NCBI GenBank assembly: GCA_903912525.1
Contig: CAIWHK010000025.1
Location: 136,881 to 200,880 of the forward strand
DNA: 64,000 nucleotides
From: an uncultured bacterium
GTDB lineage: Bacteria > Krumholzibacteriota > Krumholzibacteriia > LZORAL124-64-63
Direction of reading: 5' to 3'
Part shown: one piece after another, positions 31,124 through 43,612 of the stretch
Position numbering within the stretch: the stretch's first letter is position 1
How the letters are laid out: each line of letters starts with the position of its first letter
Notes under the pieces: model-generated
Database searches by the model: none
Told to the model about the DNA's origin: nothing
The model's input: only the letters and a program-made list of their open reading frames with translations
Made by a program: the position numbers and the translations under genes

Positions 31124-33751
31124 ATGCCATCGATCCGCAAGTTCGTCGTCACGCCCAACCTGCCCGACCCGCTCAAGCCGTTGCTCGACATCGCGCGCAA
31201 CGTCTGGTGGAGCTGGAATGTCGAGGCCATCTCGCTGCTCCGGCGCGTCGATCCCGACCAGTGGGACCGGCACGCCGGCAACCCGGTGGCGGTGCTCGGC
31301 TCACTGTCGGCGCAGCGGGTGCGCGAACTCGAGCGCGACCAGGCGTTCCTGGCCCACCTCGAGCGCGTGCAGGGCGACCTCGAGCGCTACCTGACGCACC
31401 CGACGTGGTACGCAAGCGAGCACCAGGGCGTCGGCGAGGGCCTGGTCGGCTATTTCTCGCTGGAGTTCGGCCTGCACGAATCGTTGCCGCTGTACTCCGG
31501 CGGCCTGGGCATCCTCGCGGGCGACCACCTGAAGTCCGCCACCGACCTGGGCATCCCCCTGGTCGGCGTGGGCCTGGCCTACCAGTCCGGCTACTTCCGC
31601 CAGTACCTGAACCATGACGGCTGGCAGATGGAGGAGTACCCGGTCAACGACTTCTACAACATGTCGATGTCGCTGGAGCGTGACAAGGACGGCGCGCCGC
31701 GCCTGATCGAGGTGCACTACCCGGGCCGCTCCATCTTCGCGCAGATCTGGCGCCTGCAGGTGGGCCGCAACCCCCTGTTCCTGCTGGACACCAACGTGAT
31801 GGAGAACCAGCCCGACGACCGCGACCTGACCGCGCGCCTGTACGGCGGCGACAACGACATGCGCATCCGTCAGGAGATCATGCTGGGCATCGGCGGCCTG
31901 CGCGCCCTGATCGCGCTGGGGCTCGAGCCCACGGTGTGCCACATGAACGAGGGCCACTCGGCGTTCCTGGCGCTCGAGCGCATCAACCTGCTGATGAAGC
32001 ACCGCAAGCTGGCGTTCGAGACGGCGTTCGAGATCGTGCGCGCCAGCAGCATCTTCACCACGCACACGCCGGTGCCCGCGGGCAACGACCACTTCCCGCC
32101 CGAGCTGGTGCGCACCTACCTGGCGCGCAAGGCCGACGAGATGGGTATCGGCATCGATCGGCTGCTGGCGCTGGGTCGCCAGGACCCGCAAAACACGGCC
32201 GAGACCTTCTGCATGACGGTGCTGGCGCTGCGGCTGAGCCGATTCGCCAACGGCGTCAGCGAGCTGCACGGCCACGTCTCGCGCAACATGTGGCAGCGCG
32301 TGTGGCCCGAGGTGCCCGAGAACGAGATCCCCATCACCCACGTGACCAACGGCATCCACACCCGCAGCTGGCTGTGCTCGGAGATCGCGCGCCTGTACGA
32401 CCGCTATCTCGGGCCCCGCTGGTACGAGGAGCCCACGAACAAGACGTTGTGGGACCGCGTGGACCAGATCCCGGACGCCGAGCTCTGGCGCTCGCACGAG
32501 CGCATGCGCGAGCGGCTGGTCGGCTTCACCCGCAGCCGGCTGCGCAAGCAACTGAAGCGCCGCGGCGCCAACCGCATCTGGATCAAGGCGGCCAGCGAGG
32601 CGCTGGACCCCGAGGCCCTGACCATCGGGTTCGCGCGCCGGTTCGCCACGTACAAGCGCGCGGCGCTGTTGCTTTCGGACCCGGAGCGGCTGAGCCGCAT
32701 CCTGAACAACCCGGACCGCCCGGTGCAGCTGATCTTCGCCGGCAAGGCCCACCCGAAGGACCACCCGGGCAAGGAAGTCATCCGCCAGCTGGTGCACATG
32801 GCCGAGCGCGAGGAGTTCCGCAAGCGGATCGTCTTCGTCGAGGACTACAACATCGAGGTGGCGCGCTACCTGGTGCAGGGCGTGGACGTGTGGCTGAACA
32901 ATCCGCGGCGGCCGCTCGAAGCCAGCGGCACCAGCGGCATGAAGGTGCCGCCCAACGGCGGCATCAACCTGTCGGTGCTCGACGGCTGGTGGTGCGAGGG
33001 ATACAAGACGGACAATGGCTGGGCCATCGGCGCCGGCGAGGAATACGACGACCAGAACTACCAGGACGACGTCGAGAGCACGGCGCTGTACGACCTGCTC
33101 GAGAACGAGATCGTGCCGACGTTCTACGACCGCGGCCTGGACGGCGTGCCGCGCGAGTGGACGCGCATCATGAAGAACTCCATGCGCACAGTGAACGCCG
33201 AGTTCAACACCAACCGCATGGTCGAGGAATACACCGAGCGCTTCTACATCCCCTGCCTGGACAACATGCGGCGCCTGGCCGCGGACAACCACGCGCTGGC
33301 CGCCGACCTGGCCGACTGGCGCCGGCGGCTGCACGCGAACTGGCATGGCGTGCAGATCCTGTCCGTCGATGCACCGCCGCTCAAGGCGCAGCCGATGGGC
33401 GCCATGCTGCCGGTCACGGCACAGGTGCGGCTGGGCCCGATCAGCTCCGACGAGGTGCTGGTCGAGGTCTACCACGGCCTGCTGGACACGAACGGCCACA
33501 TCGACAACGGCGAGACCGCCACGATGTTCGCCCAGGGCAAGCCCACGAACGACGGCGTGGTCACCTTCAAGGGCGAGATCCCCTGCCGGCGCGCCGGGCG
33601 CCGCGGGTTCTCGGTCCGCCTGGTGCCGCGCAAGGACGGTGTGCCGCTGGACCGCTTCGAGACCGGCCTGATCTGCTGGTGGCACGACGAGTCGGTCGAA
33701 CCGTCGCCGACGCCGCAGGGCGCCTCGGGACAGACGGTGCACTCGCACTAG
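31124..33751 (+). CDS. glgP: alpha-glucan phosphorylase (GT35, GlgP-family)
   Basis: Full-length alpha-glucan family phosphorylase; pyridoxal-phosphate lysine region (SGTSGMKVPPNGG); AGGAGA RBS before ATG 31124. Confidence 0.85.
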   Translation: MPSIRKFVVTPNLPDPLKPLLDIARNVWWSWNVEAISLLRRVDPDQWDRHAGNPVAVLGSLSAQRVRELERDQAFLAHLERVQGDLERYLTHPTWYASEHQGVGEGLVGYFSLEFGLHESLPLYSGGLGILAGDHLKSATDLGIPLVGVGLAYQSGYFRQYLNHDGWQMEEYPVNDFYNMSMSLERDKDGAPRLIEVHYPGRSIFAQIWRLQVGRNPLFLLDTNVMENQPDDRDLTARLYGGDNDMRIRQEIMLGIGGLRALIALGLEPTVCHMNEGHSAFLALERINLLMKHRKLAFETAFEIVRASSIFTTHTPVPAGNDHFPPELVRTYLARKADEMGIGIDRLLALGRQDPQNTAETFCMTVLALRLSRFANGVSELHGHVSRNMWQRVWPEVPENEIPITHVTNGIHTRSWLCSEIARLYDRYLGPRWYEEPTNKTLWDRVDQIPDAELWRSHERMRERLVGFTRSRLRKQLKRRGANRIWIKAASEALDPEALTIGFARRFATYKRAALLLSDPERLSRILNNPDRPVQLIFAGKAHPKDHPGKEVIRQLVHMAEREEFRKRIVFVEDYNIEVARYLVQGVDVWLNNPRRPLEASGTSGMKVPPNGGINLSVLDGWWCEGYKTDNGWAIGAGEEYDDQNYQDDVESTALYDLLENEIVPTFYDRGLDGVPREWTRIMKNSMRTVNAEFNTNRMVEEYTERFYIPCLDNMRRLAADNHALAADLADWRRRLHANWHGVQILSVDAPPLKAQPMGAMLPVTAQVRLGPISSDEVLVEVYHGLLDTNGHIDNGETATMFAQGKPTNDGVVTFKGEIPCRRAGRRGFSVRLVPRKDGVPLDRFETGLICWWHDESVEPSPTPQGASGQTVHSH

Positions 33752-33776
33752 GCGATCCGGTCCTGGTGAAGGAAAG

Positions 33777-33816
33777 CGCCGGCCGCTCCCTGCAGGGGGC
33801 GGCCGGCGTGTTTTTG
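33777..33816 (+). terminator. Rho-independent terminator after glgP
   Basis: CGCCGGCCGC-tccctgcaggggg-GCGGCCGGCG hairpin followed by TGTTTTTG. Confidence 0.7.
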
Positions 33817-33836
33817 TGCAGCAGGGCGACAGGCCT

Positions 33837-34595
33837 TCAGGCGCCGCGTTCCACGCGCACGACGGCCGTATGCACGATGCGGTCGTGTGACAACCGGCGA
33901 TTCGGCTCGCGCCACAGCGAAAGCAGCCCGAGGCCCAACGTCGCGGGGATCTCGAGCAGGCCGGCCGCGCGCTCGAAGCTATCGAAGAGCGACAGTTTCT
34001 CGCCGCCGAGATGCACGACGCGGATGCCGAGCAGTCGCTTGCCCAGGGTCTGCCCGCGCCGCGAGGCGTGGCACAACGTGAAGTACAGCAACACCACGCC
34101 GAACAGGGCCACAAGGCGCAGCGGGGTCGGCATCAGCCGATGGATCTCGAAACGGATCGACTTCTCGGGCACCACGCCGCCCTCGGTCTCGTCGAAGTTG
34201 AGGGAGTACATGAGATCGTAGCCCCTGAGCGCCTCGATGGCCGCGGCGGTGTCATGACGCTCGACGGCCAGCTCGACCTCAGCCGGGACGCCGGGCATCT
34301 CCGCGCGGACGAGCACGGGCGCCAGGTCGCCCCAGGCGACGTCGGCCTGCTCGGGCGTGGGCTTGCCGTACAGGGTCGTCGCGGCCCGGTAGGCGGCCGG
34401 CTCGGCCAGGTTCAGGTACAGGGCGGCCGCACCGATCGCGACCGCCAACATCGGCGCCAGCATGACCACATAGTCGAGCGCGAGGGCAGCCGCGCGGCGG
34501 CCCGGCGAGGCGAGCTCGCGGCCGACCAGGGCGCGCGAGACTTGCAATGATTCCCCAGTCAACAGCCTGCGGCTGCCGGTCTGTCGGTGGCCCAT
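33837..34595 (-). CDS. RDD family membrane protein
   Basis: RDD-family signature region (ASRRGQTLGKRLLGIRVV) with flanking TM helices; start codon uncertain (34595 or 34607). Confidence 0.5.
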   Translation of the reverse strand: MGHRQTGSRRLLTGESLQVSRALVGRELASPGRRAAALALDYVVMLAPMLAVAIGAAALYLNLAEPAAYRAATTLYGKPTPEQADVAWGDLAPVLVRAEMPGVPAEVELAVERHDTAAAIEALRGYDLMYSLNFDETEGGVVPEKSIRFEIHRLMPTPLRLVALFGVVLLYFTLCHASRRGQTLGKRLLGIRVVHLGGEKLSLFDSFERAAGLLEIPATLGLGLLSLWREPNRRLSHDRIVHTAVVRVERGA

Positions 34596-34798
34596 GTCCC
34601 CTCCCATCCTCGGCGTCCCGGTCGTCGGCGGCCAGGTCCGGAGCGTACCATTGCCGCTCCCGTCCGGCCACCTCTTGGCACTTCCGGGCTTGAGCGGCCC
34701 GCCGACTTGGGGGACACTGGCGTCCCTGACCGGCGAGCCCCGGTGGCCCACCCCAGGAGTCCCGATCCCGACAAGCCGACCCCGAAAGGACGCCCCCG

Positions 34799-36130
34799 AT
34801 GGCCGGTCTCGAACACATCCTCCAGAAGGTCAGCGGCTTCATCTGGGGCTGGCCGCTGCTGGTCCTCCTGTTCGGCACGCACCTGTACCTGACGTTCCGC
34901 CTGCGCTTCATGCAGCGCTACATCTTCAAGGCGATCCGCATCTCGTTCTCGCGCGAGAAGGAGGGCGAGGGCGACGTCTCGCAGTTCGGCGCGCTGACGA
35001 CGGCGCTGGCCGCGACGATCGGCACCGGCAACATCGTCGGCGTGGCCACGGCCGTGGCGGCCGGCGGGCCCGGAGCGGTGCTCTGGATGTGGCTGACGGG
35101 CGTGTTCGGCATCGCCACCAAGTACGCCGAGGCCGTGCTCGCGGTGAAGTACCGCATCCGCATGCCCGACGGCTCGATGGCCGGCGGCCCGATGTATGCG
35201 CTGGAGCGCGGCCTGGGCCTGCGCTGGCTGGCGATCGTCTTCGCCGCCCTGACCGCAGTGGCCGCCTTCGGCATCGGTTGCATGGTGCAGGCGAATTCCA
35301 TCTCGTCGATGGCGCAGCAGACGTTCAACATCTCGCCGTGGATCTCGGGCGCGTTGATGACGATCCTGACGGCCGTCGTCATCCTGGGCGGCATCAAGTC
35401 CATCGCCGGGGTGTGCGAGAAGCTGGTGCCGTTCATGGCCGTCTTCTACGTGCTGGGCTGCCTGATCCTGCTGATCATGCGCGCGGATACGCTGCCCGCG
35501 ACGCTGGCGAACATCTTCCACTCCGCGTTCACCGGCCAGGCGGCTATCGGCGGCTTCGTGGGCGCCGGCATGAAGGAAGCCATCCGCTACGGCATCGCGC
35601 GCGGGCTGTTCTCGAACGAGTCGGGCCTCGGCAGCGCACCGATCGTCGCGGCCGCCGCCCAGACGCGCAACCCGGTGCGGCAGGCACTGGTCTCGTCGAC
35701 GGGCACCTTCTGGGACACCGTCGTCGTCTGCGCCATGACGGGCCTGGTCATCGTCAACATGGGCGACTGGCAGCAGGGCCTGAAGGGCGCCGCGCTGACG
35801 CAGGCGGCCTTTGCCGAGATCAAGGGTATCGGCCCGGTGGTCCTGACCGTGGGCCTGCTCACGTTCGTCTTCTCGACCATCCTCGGCTGGTCGTACTACG
35901 GGGAGAAGGCGGCCGAGTACCTGTTCGGCCAGAAGGCGATCCGCCCCTATCGCTTCGCCTGGGTGGCGGCGGTGATGGTGGGATCGGTGACGTCGCTGCA
36001 GGCGGTGTGGGACTTCGCGGACATCGCCAACGGGCTGATGGCGATCCCGAACCTGGTCTCGCTGCTGGCGCTGTCGGGCGTGATCGTGTCCGAGACCCGG
36101 ACGTACCTGTGGGAGGCGAAGGACATCTAG
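34799..36130 (+). CDS. alanine/glycine:cation symporter (AGCS family)
   Basis: Full-length AGCS match (GALTTALAATIGTGNIVGVATAVAAGGPGA...), 11-12 TM helices. Confidence 0.9.
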   Translation: MAGLEHILQKVSGFIWGWPLLVLLFGTHLYLTFRLRFMQRYIFKAIRISFSREKEGEGDVSQFGALTTALAATIGTGNIVGVATAVAAGGPGAVLWMWLTGVFGIATKYAEAVLAVKYRIRMPDGSMAGGPMYALERGLGLRWLAIVFAALTAVAAFGIGCMVQANSISSMAQQTFNISPWISGALMTILTAVVILGGIKSIAGVCEKLVPFMAVFYVLGCLILLIMRADTLPATLANIFHSAFTGQAAIGGFVGAGMKEAIRYGIARGLFSNESGLGSAPIVAAAAQTRNPVRQALVSSTGTFWDTVVVCAMTGLVIVNMGDWQQGLKGAALTQAAFAEIKGIGPVVLTVGLLTFVFSTILGWSYYGEKAAEYLFGQKAIRPYRFAWVAAVMVGSVTSLQAVWDFADIANGLMAIPNLVSLLALSGVIVSETRTYLWEAKDI

Positions 36131-36140
36131 GTCGGCGGCC

Positions 36141-38119
<1,979 letters not shown>

Positions 38120-38123
<4 letters not shown>

Positions 38124-38557
38124 CGACCGGCATCCACGATCTCGACGATGCGCACGCCGGGTCCGAGTTCCGTGCCCGGCTGGACGTAACCGATCGCGCC
38201 GGGGTTATCGCGCACGAAAAGGACGACTTCGTCGGCGGTATCCCTCACCGGCGGCGGGAGGGCGCGGCCCGAGAAGATGCGCTGCTGCCAGAACGCCCGC
38301 ACCGCGTTCACGTTTCGCATCAGGATCTCCTGGCTGAATGCGGCCCTGATCGGGGCGGCCGCGGGCTGGTCCACCGGCAACACGGGCAGGCCCTCGCCCC
38401 AGAAGGTCACTTTCTTGAGAAAGAGACGCGACAGTTCCTCGCGGTCGATCCGCGTTGCCGGATTGGCGGCATTGACGATGACCACGAAATCAGACGCGGG
38501 CCGGGAAGGCGCCACGGCGGGCGCCAGGAGCAGGAACCCGAGCACGACGGCGATCAC
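38120..38557 (-). CDS. small periplasmic substrate-binding-like protein (phosphonate/PBP-like domain), likely HK partner
   Basis: Signal peptide then [13 protein letters not shown]...AIGYV resembling PhnD/PBP-type binding domains; putative GTG start; stop overlaps HK start (ATGA). Confidence 0.4.
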
Positions 38558-38585
38558 TCGCGTCCGTGAAGGGCGGCATTTGCTG

Positions 38586-39698
38586 TCAGAACGCAAATTG
38601 CACCCCCAGCGAAACGAGGTTGGTCCGCTGCACCAGTTCCCCGCCGTCCAGGACCGCCTCCGGATCCCCGGGACGCGCGAATCGATTCCCATCGACGCGC
38701 GAGACCGAGAGCTTGGCGACGAACTCCGGCGCGAACCAGTAGTTAAGCCCCGCGGTGAGCTCGCGGTGGCGCAGCATGCATTCCGCTGCAGGCTCGAGGC
38801 TGTCTTCGAGGCGCGTCCGCGAGTGGTCGACGCGGGCCGCGACCTGCCAGCCGCCATGGACCACCCGCGAAACCTCGACATAGGCGGCATCGACGTCGGC
38901 GGCGTCGGCCTGCTCCACCACGACCACTTCGCCCCGCGCCGCCCAGTCCCCCGCATTCCAATCCGCCAGCGCGCCCACGCAGGACCGGCGTCCCCCGTCC
39001 ACGCCGTCCTCCCGCCCGGTGTAGGCAGAGAGTCCCAGGCGAAGGTCGACGCCTGGCATCCCGACCACAAACCGCATCCCGGTGATGTCCCGCAGGGCGA
39101 TCTCATCGGAGTCTTCGCCGACTTCGGCTTCGTCGCCGCCGGATACCGGGATCTCCGTGAATTCCAGGTCCGTCTCGCCCGCATAGACGTCGTAGTCCAG
39201 CTGGTAGCCACGCTTGAACGTAGTGCCGGTCAGCCCGACGCCCCGGTACGACTCGGCCACGATGCCCGCCGGCCCGTAGATCCCTTCCGGCAACCAGAAG
39301 AAGGGCCTGAGGGTGCCGACATCGTAGATCTCCGTGTAGATCCCGAACGGATGCTTGATCTGGCCCATCCGCAGCTTCAAGGCGTCAGCCACGCACCACT
39401 CGCCGAAGGCGTAGTCGATGGTGGCTGTACCGGGCTCACCGGCTGATTCCTCCCACCAGAGCTGGGTGCTGATGCGCACGTCGGGCGACACCTGCGACGC
39501 CAGCGTCACCGCCAGGTTGTGGTACCCGCCGTCCCCGGCCTTGCTGGACGCGTGGTAGAGGTTGTCGTCGGAGCCGCTGCGGCTGTAGCTCCAGCTTCCA
39601 TAGCCGTGGATCTCGACGTCTCCGGACGCCGCTCTGGCCGGGCTCGACAGGAGTGCGATCGCCAGAACGACGCCCCCGGTGACCATTGATCGCAACAT
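38586..39698 (-). CDS. outer-membrane beta-barrel (porin-like) protein
   Basis: Signal peptide MLRSMVTGGVVLAIALLSSPARA, amphipathic beta strands, C-terminal ...GVQFAF. Confidence 0.5.
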   Translation of the reverse strand: MLRSMVTGGVVLAIALLSSPARAASGDVEIHGYGSWSYSRSGSDDNLYHASSKAGDGGYHNLAVTLASQVSPDVRISTQLWWEESAGEPGTATIDYAFGEWCVADALKLRMGQIKHPFGIYTEIYDVGTLRPFFWLPEGIYGPAGIVAESYRGVGLTGTTFKRGYQLDYDVYAGETDLEFTEIPVSGGDEAEVGEDSDEIALRDITGMRFVVGMPGVDLRLGLSAYTGREDGVDGGRRSCVGALADWNAGDWAARGEVVVVEQADAADVDAAYVEVSRVVHGGWQVAARVDHSRTRLEDSLEPAAECMLRHRELTAGLNYWFAPEFVAKLSVSRVDGNRFARPGDPEAVLDGGELVQRTNLVSLGVQFAF

Positions 39699-39920
39699 GC
39701 GTCCTCTCGTTCCCCACGGCACGCCCGACGGCGAGTCGGGCCTATCCGACAATGACAGGTCGTTGAGTCCCGCGACAGGCGCGGGTCGCCAACGGTTTGG
39801 TTCTCCATTTTGAATCGGCGTTTTCGTCGTGCTTCTCTAGGGAGAAACTACCATCAGGGGCAAAAAGATAAGCGCCGCCGGGCGTGACCCGGCGGCGCAA
39901 ATTCATACTGATTCTGAATG

Positions 39921-42647
39921 CTATTTCGCCAAGGTCATCCGCTTCGTCTCGCTGACCTCGCCGGCCCGCAGGCGGTAGACGTAGACGCCGGTGGCCACGG
40001 GGCGGCCCGCCTCGTCACGGCCCTGCCAGGTGTGCTCGTGGCGCCCCTGCGTCTGTTCGCCGGTGAAGACGGTGTCGACCAGGCGGCCCGCCAGGTCATA
40101 GATGCTCAGCTCGACCGGGCCGGCCACGTTCAGCTCGTAACGGATGACCGTCGACGGGTTGAACGGGTTCGGCACGTTCTGTAGCAGCTCGACGACGGCG
40201 TTCGCGCCGGGCAGCGGCGCCGCGCTCAGTTCGGGATGGAACATCTTGGTGACGAAATCTGGGCGATCGATGAACGGGTTGCGGTTGCCCTGGATCGCGT
40301 AGATCGCCTCGTTGCGGTCGATCTCCTTCTGGCTGACCGGGTCCTGCGTGTTCCATTCGAGCAGCAGGGCCTTCGTCCAGGCCGCCAGTTCGCACCTCGT
40401 GGCCGCGGGCGAGCTGGACCAGGCAGAGTCCTCGGTGTAGTAGCGCGTGGTCACGTAGAAGTACGTGCGCGCGAAGTCGCCCTTGTAGGCGTCGATGGGC
40501 TCGAACACCGTGCCCGTGTAGCCCGGGTAGGCATTGGGCCCGACCTTGCAGCCGTTGAGCGTCGTCCACGTGGGCGACGTCACCTCGCCGTACGGGTAGT
40601 TGCTGCGCCGGTTGTTCACGTCGTTGTCGGTCGGGTAGAGCTGGAACAGGTCGGTGTACATCGGCGCCAGGCTATTGAACCAGCTGGCCGGCCACGAGTG
40701 CTCGCGGTTGTACCCGGTGCCCTCGGTGCCCGCCGAGCCGCCCTGGTCGACGCCGAACGTGTACTCGTAGGGCGGGATGCCGCCGGGAACGTCCGAGTAC
40801 ATGTCCCAGACCTTGCCGTTGGGCTTGTCGTCGGTCGTGTAGAACGCCGTCCACAGGCCCGTGTAGCTGATCGAACTGTGGCCGTCGATGATGTTGTGCA
40901 GCGCCAGGCGCAGCGTGTCGCCGGTCAGGCCCTCGGCCGGGTTGTAGTAGCCGACGGGGATGTTGCCGCCGTAGTAGTTGAACACCAGCTGGGCGTTGCT
41001 GATGGTGTTGCCGTACGCGTCGGCCACGCCGTTGACCGTCAGCGTGTGGGCGCCGCTGGCCATGGTCGTGACGGTCAGCGCGACCGTCTCGGGCTGTCCG
41101 GCCACGATGGCCGCGCCGTTGACGCTGCAGCCGGTCACCGTGTAGTTGGCGGCGACGTTGGCGCTGGCGGCGGCGACGGGCTCGGAGAAGGTCACCTTGA
41201 CGGAGGTGAGGCCGGCGGGCAGCACCGACGCGATCGTCGGCACGTACGTGTCGCTCACGAACACGACGTCCCCGGCCGAGCGGGGCACGATGCCGTCGTC
41301 GACCGTGCTGCCGCTGACCGGGCCGGTGATCGTGTAGTGCGTGCCCAGCACCAGGTTCGGGCTGACGCCCAGGTCGTCGACGGCGATGGCGCCGGCGCCG
41401 CTGTCGACTTCCCAGCGCGGCGTCGAGGCGGCGCTGAGCGTGCAGGCCACATCGACCAGCTGGACCAGGACGCCCTCGTAGTCCTCGGCCAGGGCGGCGC
41501 TGGAACTGAGGACCTCGGCCGCCGTCCCGAAGCCGGAGCCGAGGAGGGTGACGGTCGCGGAAGTCAGCGTCGTGTTGCTGCTGACCTCGGCGACGACGCC
41601 GGTCACCTGGACGAGCGAGCCCACGGCCGGCGCGGCGACGGCGCCGGTGACCCACAGGCCGCTGCGCGCGCCCGTGCCGTCCTGGATCACGAACGTGGTG
41701 CCGAAGACGCCCGTGACCACGCCGTTCGTGACGGCGGTCTGGCCCACGAGCGGCGACGCGGCGCCGGTGCCCTGGATCGCGGCGATCGTCACCGTGTTGG
41801 GCACGCCGAAGTTCTGCACGCCGGACACGGTCTGCCCCGTGTTGGCGTTCACGGCCGTGATCGTGTAGAAGACCGTCGTGCCGGCGGCCTGCGCCGGGAT
41901 GGCCGAGGACGTCAGGTAGGTGCTGCCGCCCGTGTTGGTCATCGCGATGGCGTTGGTCAGCGATCCGGAGACGGTGCCCCAGTTCAGCGTGACGCTGCTG
42001 ACGGCCGCCAGCGCGTCGGTGACGGTCGCCTGGACGTTGACGGGGTCGCCCAGCGCCGGCGAGGCCGGGATCGTCGTGATGGCCGTGATGGACGGGCCGG
42101 AGACCTGGTTGTGCACGCCGGGCGTGGCCTGCGTCGGGAAGTCGACGGCGGTGCCGGTCCACTGGGAGGACACGAACGTCGCGCTGCCCGTGGTGACGTC
42201 CGCGTGGCGCACATAGGTCTGGTCCTTGAATTCCGCCAGCGTGACGAGCAGGCCGTCGACCACGGTCCCGGACCCGTTCTTCAGCTTGGCGCCGTCACCG
42301 ACCTGGCCGTTCCAGTTCGTGTTGCTGGTCGACCAGGCGGCGCCGACGAAGTCGCGCGTGAAGGGCACCACCGGCGCATCATCGCCGGCGACCAGGGCCT
42401 GTCCCGGCGCGATGGTGCCGGACAGGTTCCAGGTGAAGACGTCGATGCTGTTGCCCACGGCGACCAGCTGCCAGCCGGTCAGGCTGACCGGCGATGCGCC
42501 CGTGTTGTAGATCTCGATGTAGCGGTCGGTCAGGTAGTTCAGGCGCGGGTCGCAGAGCTCGGAAATGATGATGTCCGCGCGCGCGATGGGCGCCAGGACG
42601 GACAGCATCAGCAGGAGCACGGTCAGGCGGGCGACGAATTTCTTCAT
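39921..42647 (-). CDS. secreted multidomain nuclease: lamin-tail domain + Ig-like repeats + endonuclease I family + T9SS-type C-terminal domain
   Basis: LTD (IIISELCDP...YIEIYNTG), endonuclease I block (EHSWPASWF...NDVNNRRSNYPYG...), C-terminal NVPNPFNPSTVIRYEL...YDLAGRLV...K; start at MKKFVARLTVLLL (cat 42645-42647). Confidence 0.75.
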   Translation of the reverse strand: MKKFVARLTVLLLMLSVLAPIARADIIISELCDPRLNYLTDRYIEIYNTGASPVSLTGWQLVAVGNSIDVFTWNLSGTIAPGQALVAGDDAPVVPFTRDFVGAAWSTSNTNWNGQVGDGAKLKNGSGTVVDGLLVTLAEFKDQTYVRHADVTTGSATFVSSQWTGTAVDFPTQATPGVHNQVSGPSITAITTIPASPALGDPVNVQATVTDALAAVSSVTLNWGTVSGSLTNAIAMTNTGGSTYLTSSAIPAQAAGTTVFYTITAVNANTGQTVSGVQNFGVPNTVTIAAIQGTGAASPLVGQTAVTNGVVTGVFGTTFVIQDGTGARSGLWVTGAVAAPAVGSLVQVTGVVAEVSSNTTLTSATVTLLGSGFGTAAEVLSSSAALAEDYEGVLVQLVDVACTLSAASTPRWEVDSGAGAIAVDDLGVSPNLVLGTHYTITGPVSGSTVDDGIVPRSAGDVVFVSDTYVPTIASVLPAGLTSVKVTFSEPVAAASANVAANYTVTGCSVNGAAIVAGQPETVALTVTTMASGAHTLTVNGVADAYGNTISNAQLVFNYYGGNIPVGYYNPAEGLTGDTLRLALHNIIDGHSSISYTGLWTAFYTTDDKPNGKVWDMYSDVPGGIPPYEYTFGVDQGGSAGTEGTGYNREHSWPASWFNSLAPMYTDLFQLYPTDNDVNNRRSNYPYGEVTSPTWTTLNGCKVGPNAYPGYTGTVFEPIDAYKGDFARTYFYVTTRYYTEDSAWSSSPAATRCELAAWTKALLLEWNTQDPVSQKEIDRNEAIYAIQGNRNPFIDRPDFVTKMFHPELSAAPLPGANAVVELLQNVPNPFNPSTVIRYELNVAGPVELSIYDLAGRLVDTVFTGEQTQGRHEHTWQGRDEAGRPVATGVYVYRLRAGEVSETKRMTLAK

Positions 42648-42940
42648 GCAGGAGGACCTCGCGCGGGAATCGGGAGGTGATGACTCCGGCACCAAGGGCG
42701 GAGTCAGGGCAACGGCACCATAACCGTCAATGATGGTACCACATATAGATGCGCGCGGCAGCAGGAAAAATCAAATGATTCTCAACTGGAAGCCCGGGCT
42801 ACAAAGATCCCGATTATGTGATTTCGGATTGATTGAGGCCGTTCAGCGGATCTGGTACGATAAACGGGAAGGACTTGGGGGCCGACAGGGACTTTGCATT
42901 TCGGCATGTTCGCCGTCGCCGCCGTTCCCGAACGCTGAGG

Positions 42941-43600
42941 ATGGCCATCATGCGCCGGCCCTACGCCCGTCACCTGGCCTTGTTCGTTGCCGTCATCGCA
43001 TGGTGCCATGTGTGCGCGGGAGCCGCAGGCGCCCAGCCGTCGAACTCGATCGGCATCTATGCCACGCCAAGCGCGGACCAGGCCGAGGTCGTCCCGGCCC
43101 CCCTGTTCGTGCCAATCAACATCTACTTCGTCCTGACCGACCCCCGCACGACGTCGGGAACGCCCGTGACGGCGATCGACGGCTTCGAGTTCCTCGTCCG
43201 GATCACGGGCACGCGCGCGAACCTGCTGCGGCTGAATGAGCTCACGCCGGCAAGTACGATCAACGTCGGCGACCACCAGGATCCGTTCTATGCGACCTAC
43301 AGGTGCAGCTGGCCCACGCCGATCGGCGTCTATGGCGGCCTGGTGACGCTGATGACGTGGCAGCTCTTCCTCGTCAACGCGCCCTCGACGTATTTCATGT
43401 ACCTCGAGCCCGCGTCGCCGGCGACGATCCCGAACCAGCTCAGCTTCGGCTACCGCGTCGGCGCGACCCATTACGTCCGCGCCGCGACCGGGACACAGGC
43501 CCTCTATTCGCAACCGGTGTTCGCGATCGGGGCGTACCTGAACCCGCCGGTCGCGGGGGAATCCAGGACGTTCGGGGACGTCAAGGCGTTGTTCAGGTAG
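42941..43600 (+). CDS. hypothetical secreted protein
   Basis: Signal peptide after GAGG RBS; no recognised family. Confidence 0.4.
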   Translation: MAIMRRPYARHLALFVAVIAWCHVCAGAAGAQPSNSIGIYATPSADQAEVVPAPLFVPINIYFVLTDPRTTSGTPVTAIDGFEFLVRITGTRANLLRLNELTPASTINVGDHQDPFYATYRCSWPTPIGVYGGLVTLMTWQLFLVNAPSTYFMYLEPASPATIPNQLSFGYRVGATHYVRAATGTQALYSQPVFAIGAYLNPPVAGESRTFGDVKALFR

Positions 43601-43612
43601 CAGCCCCCCTGC

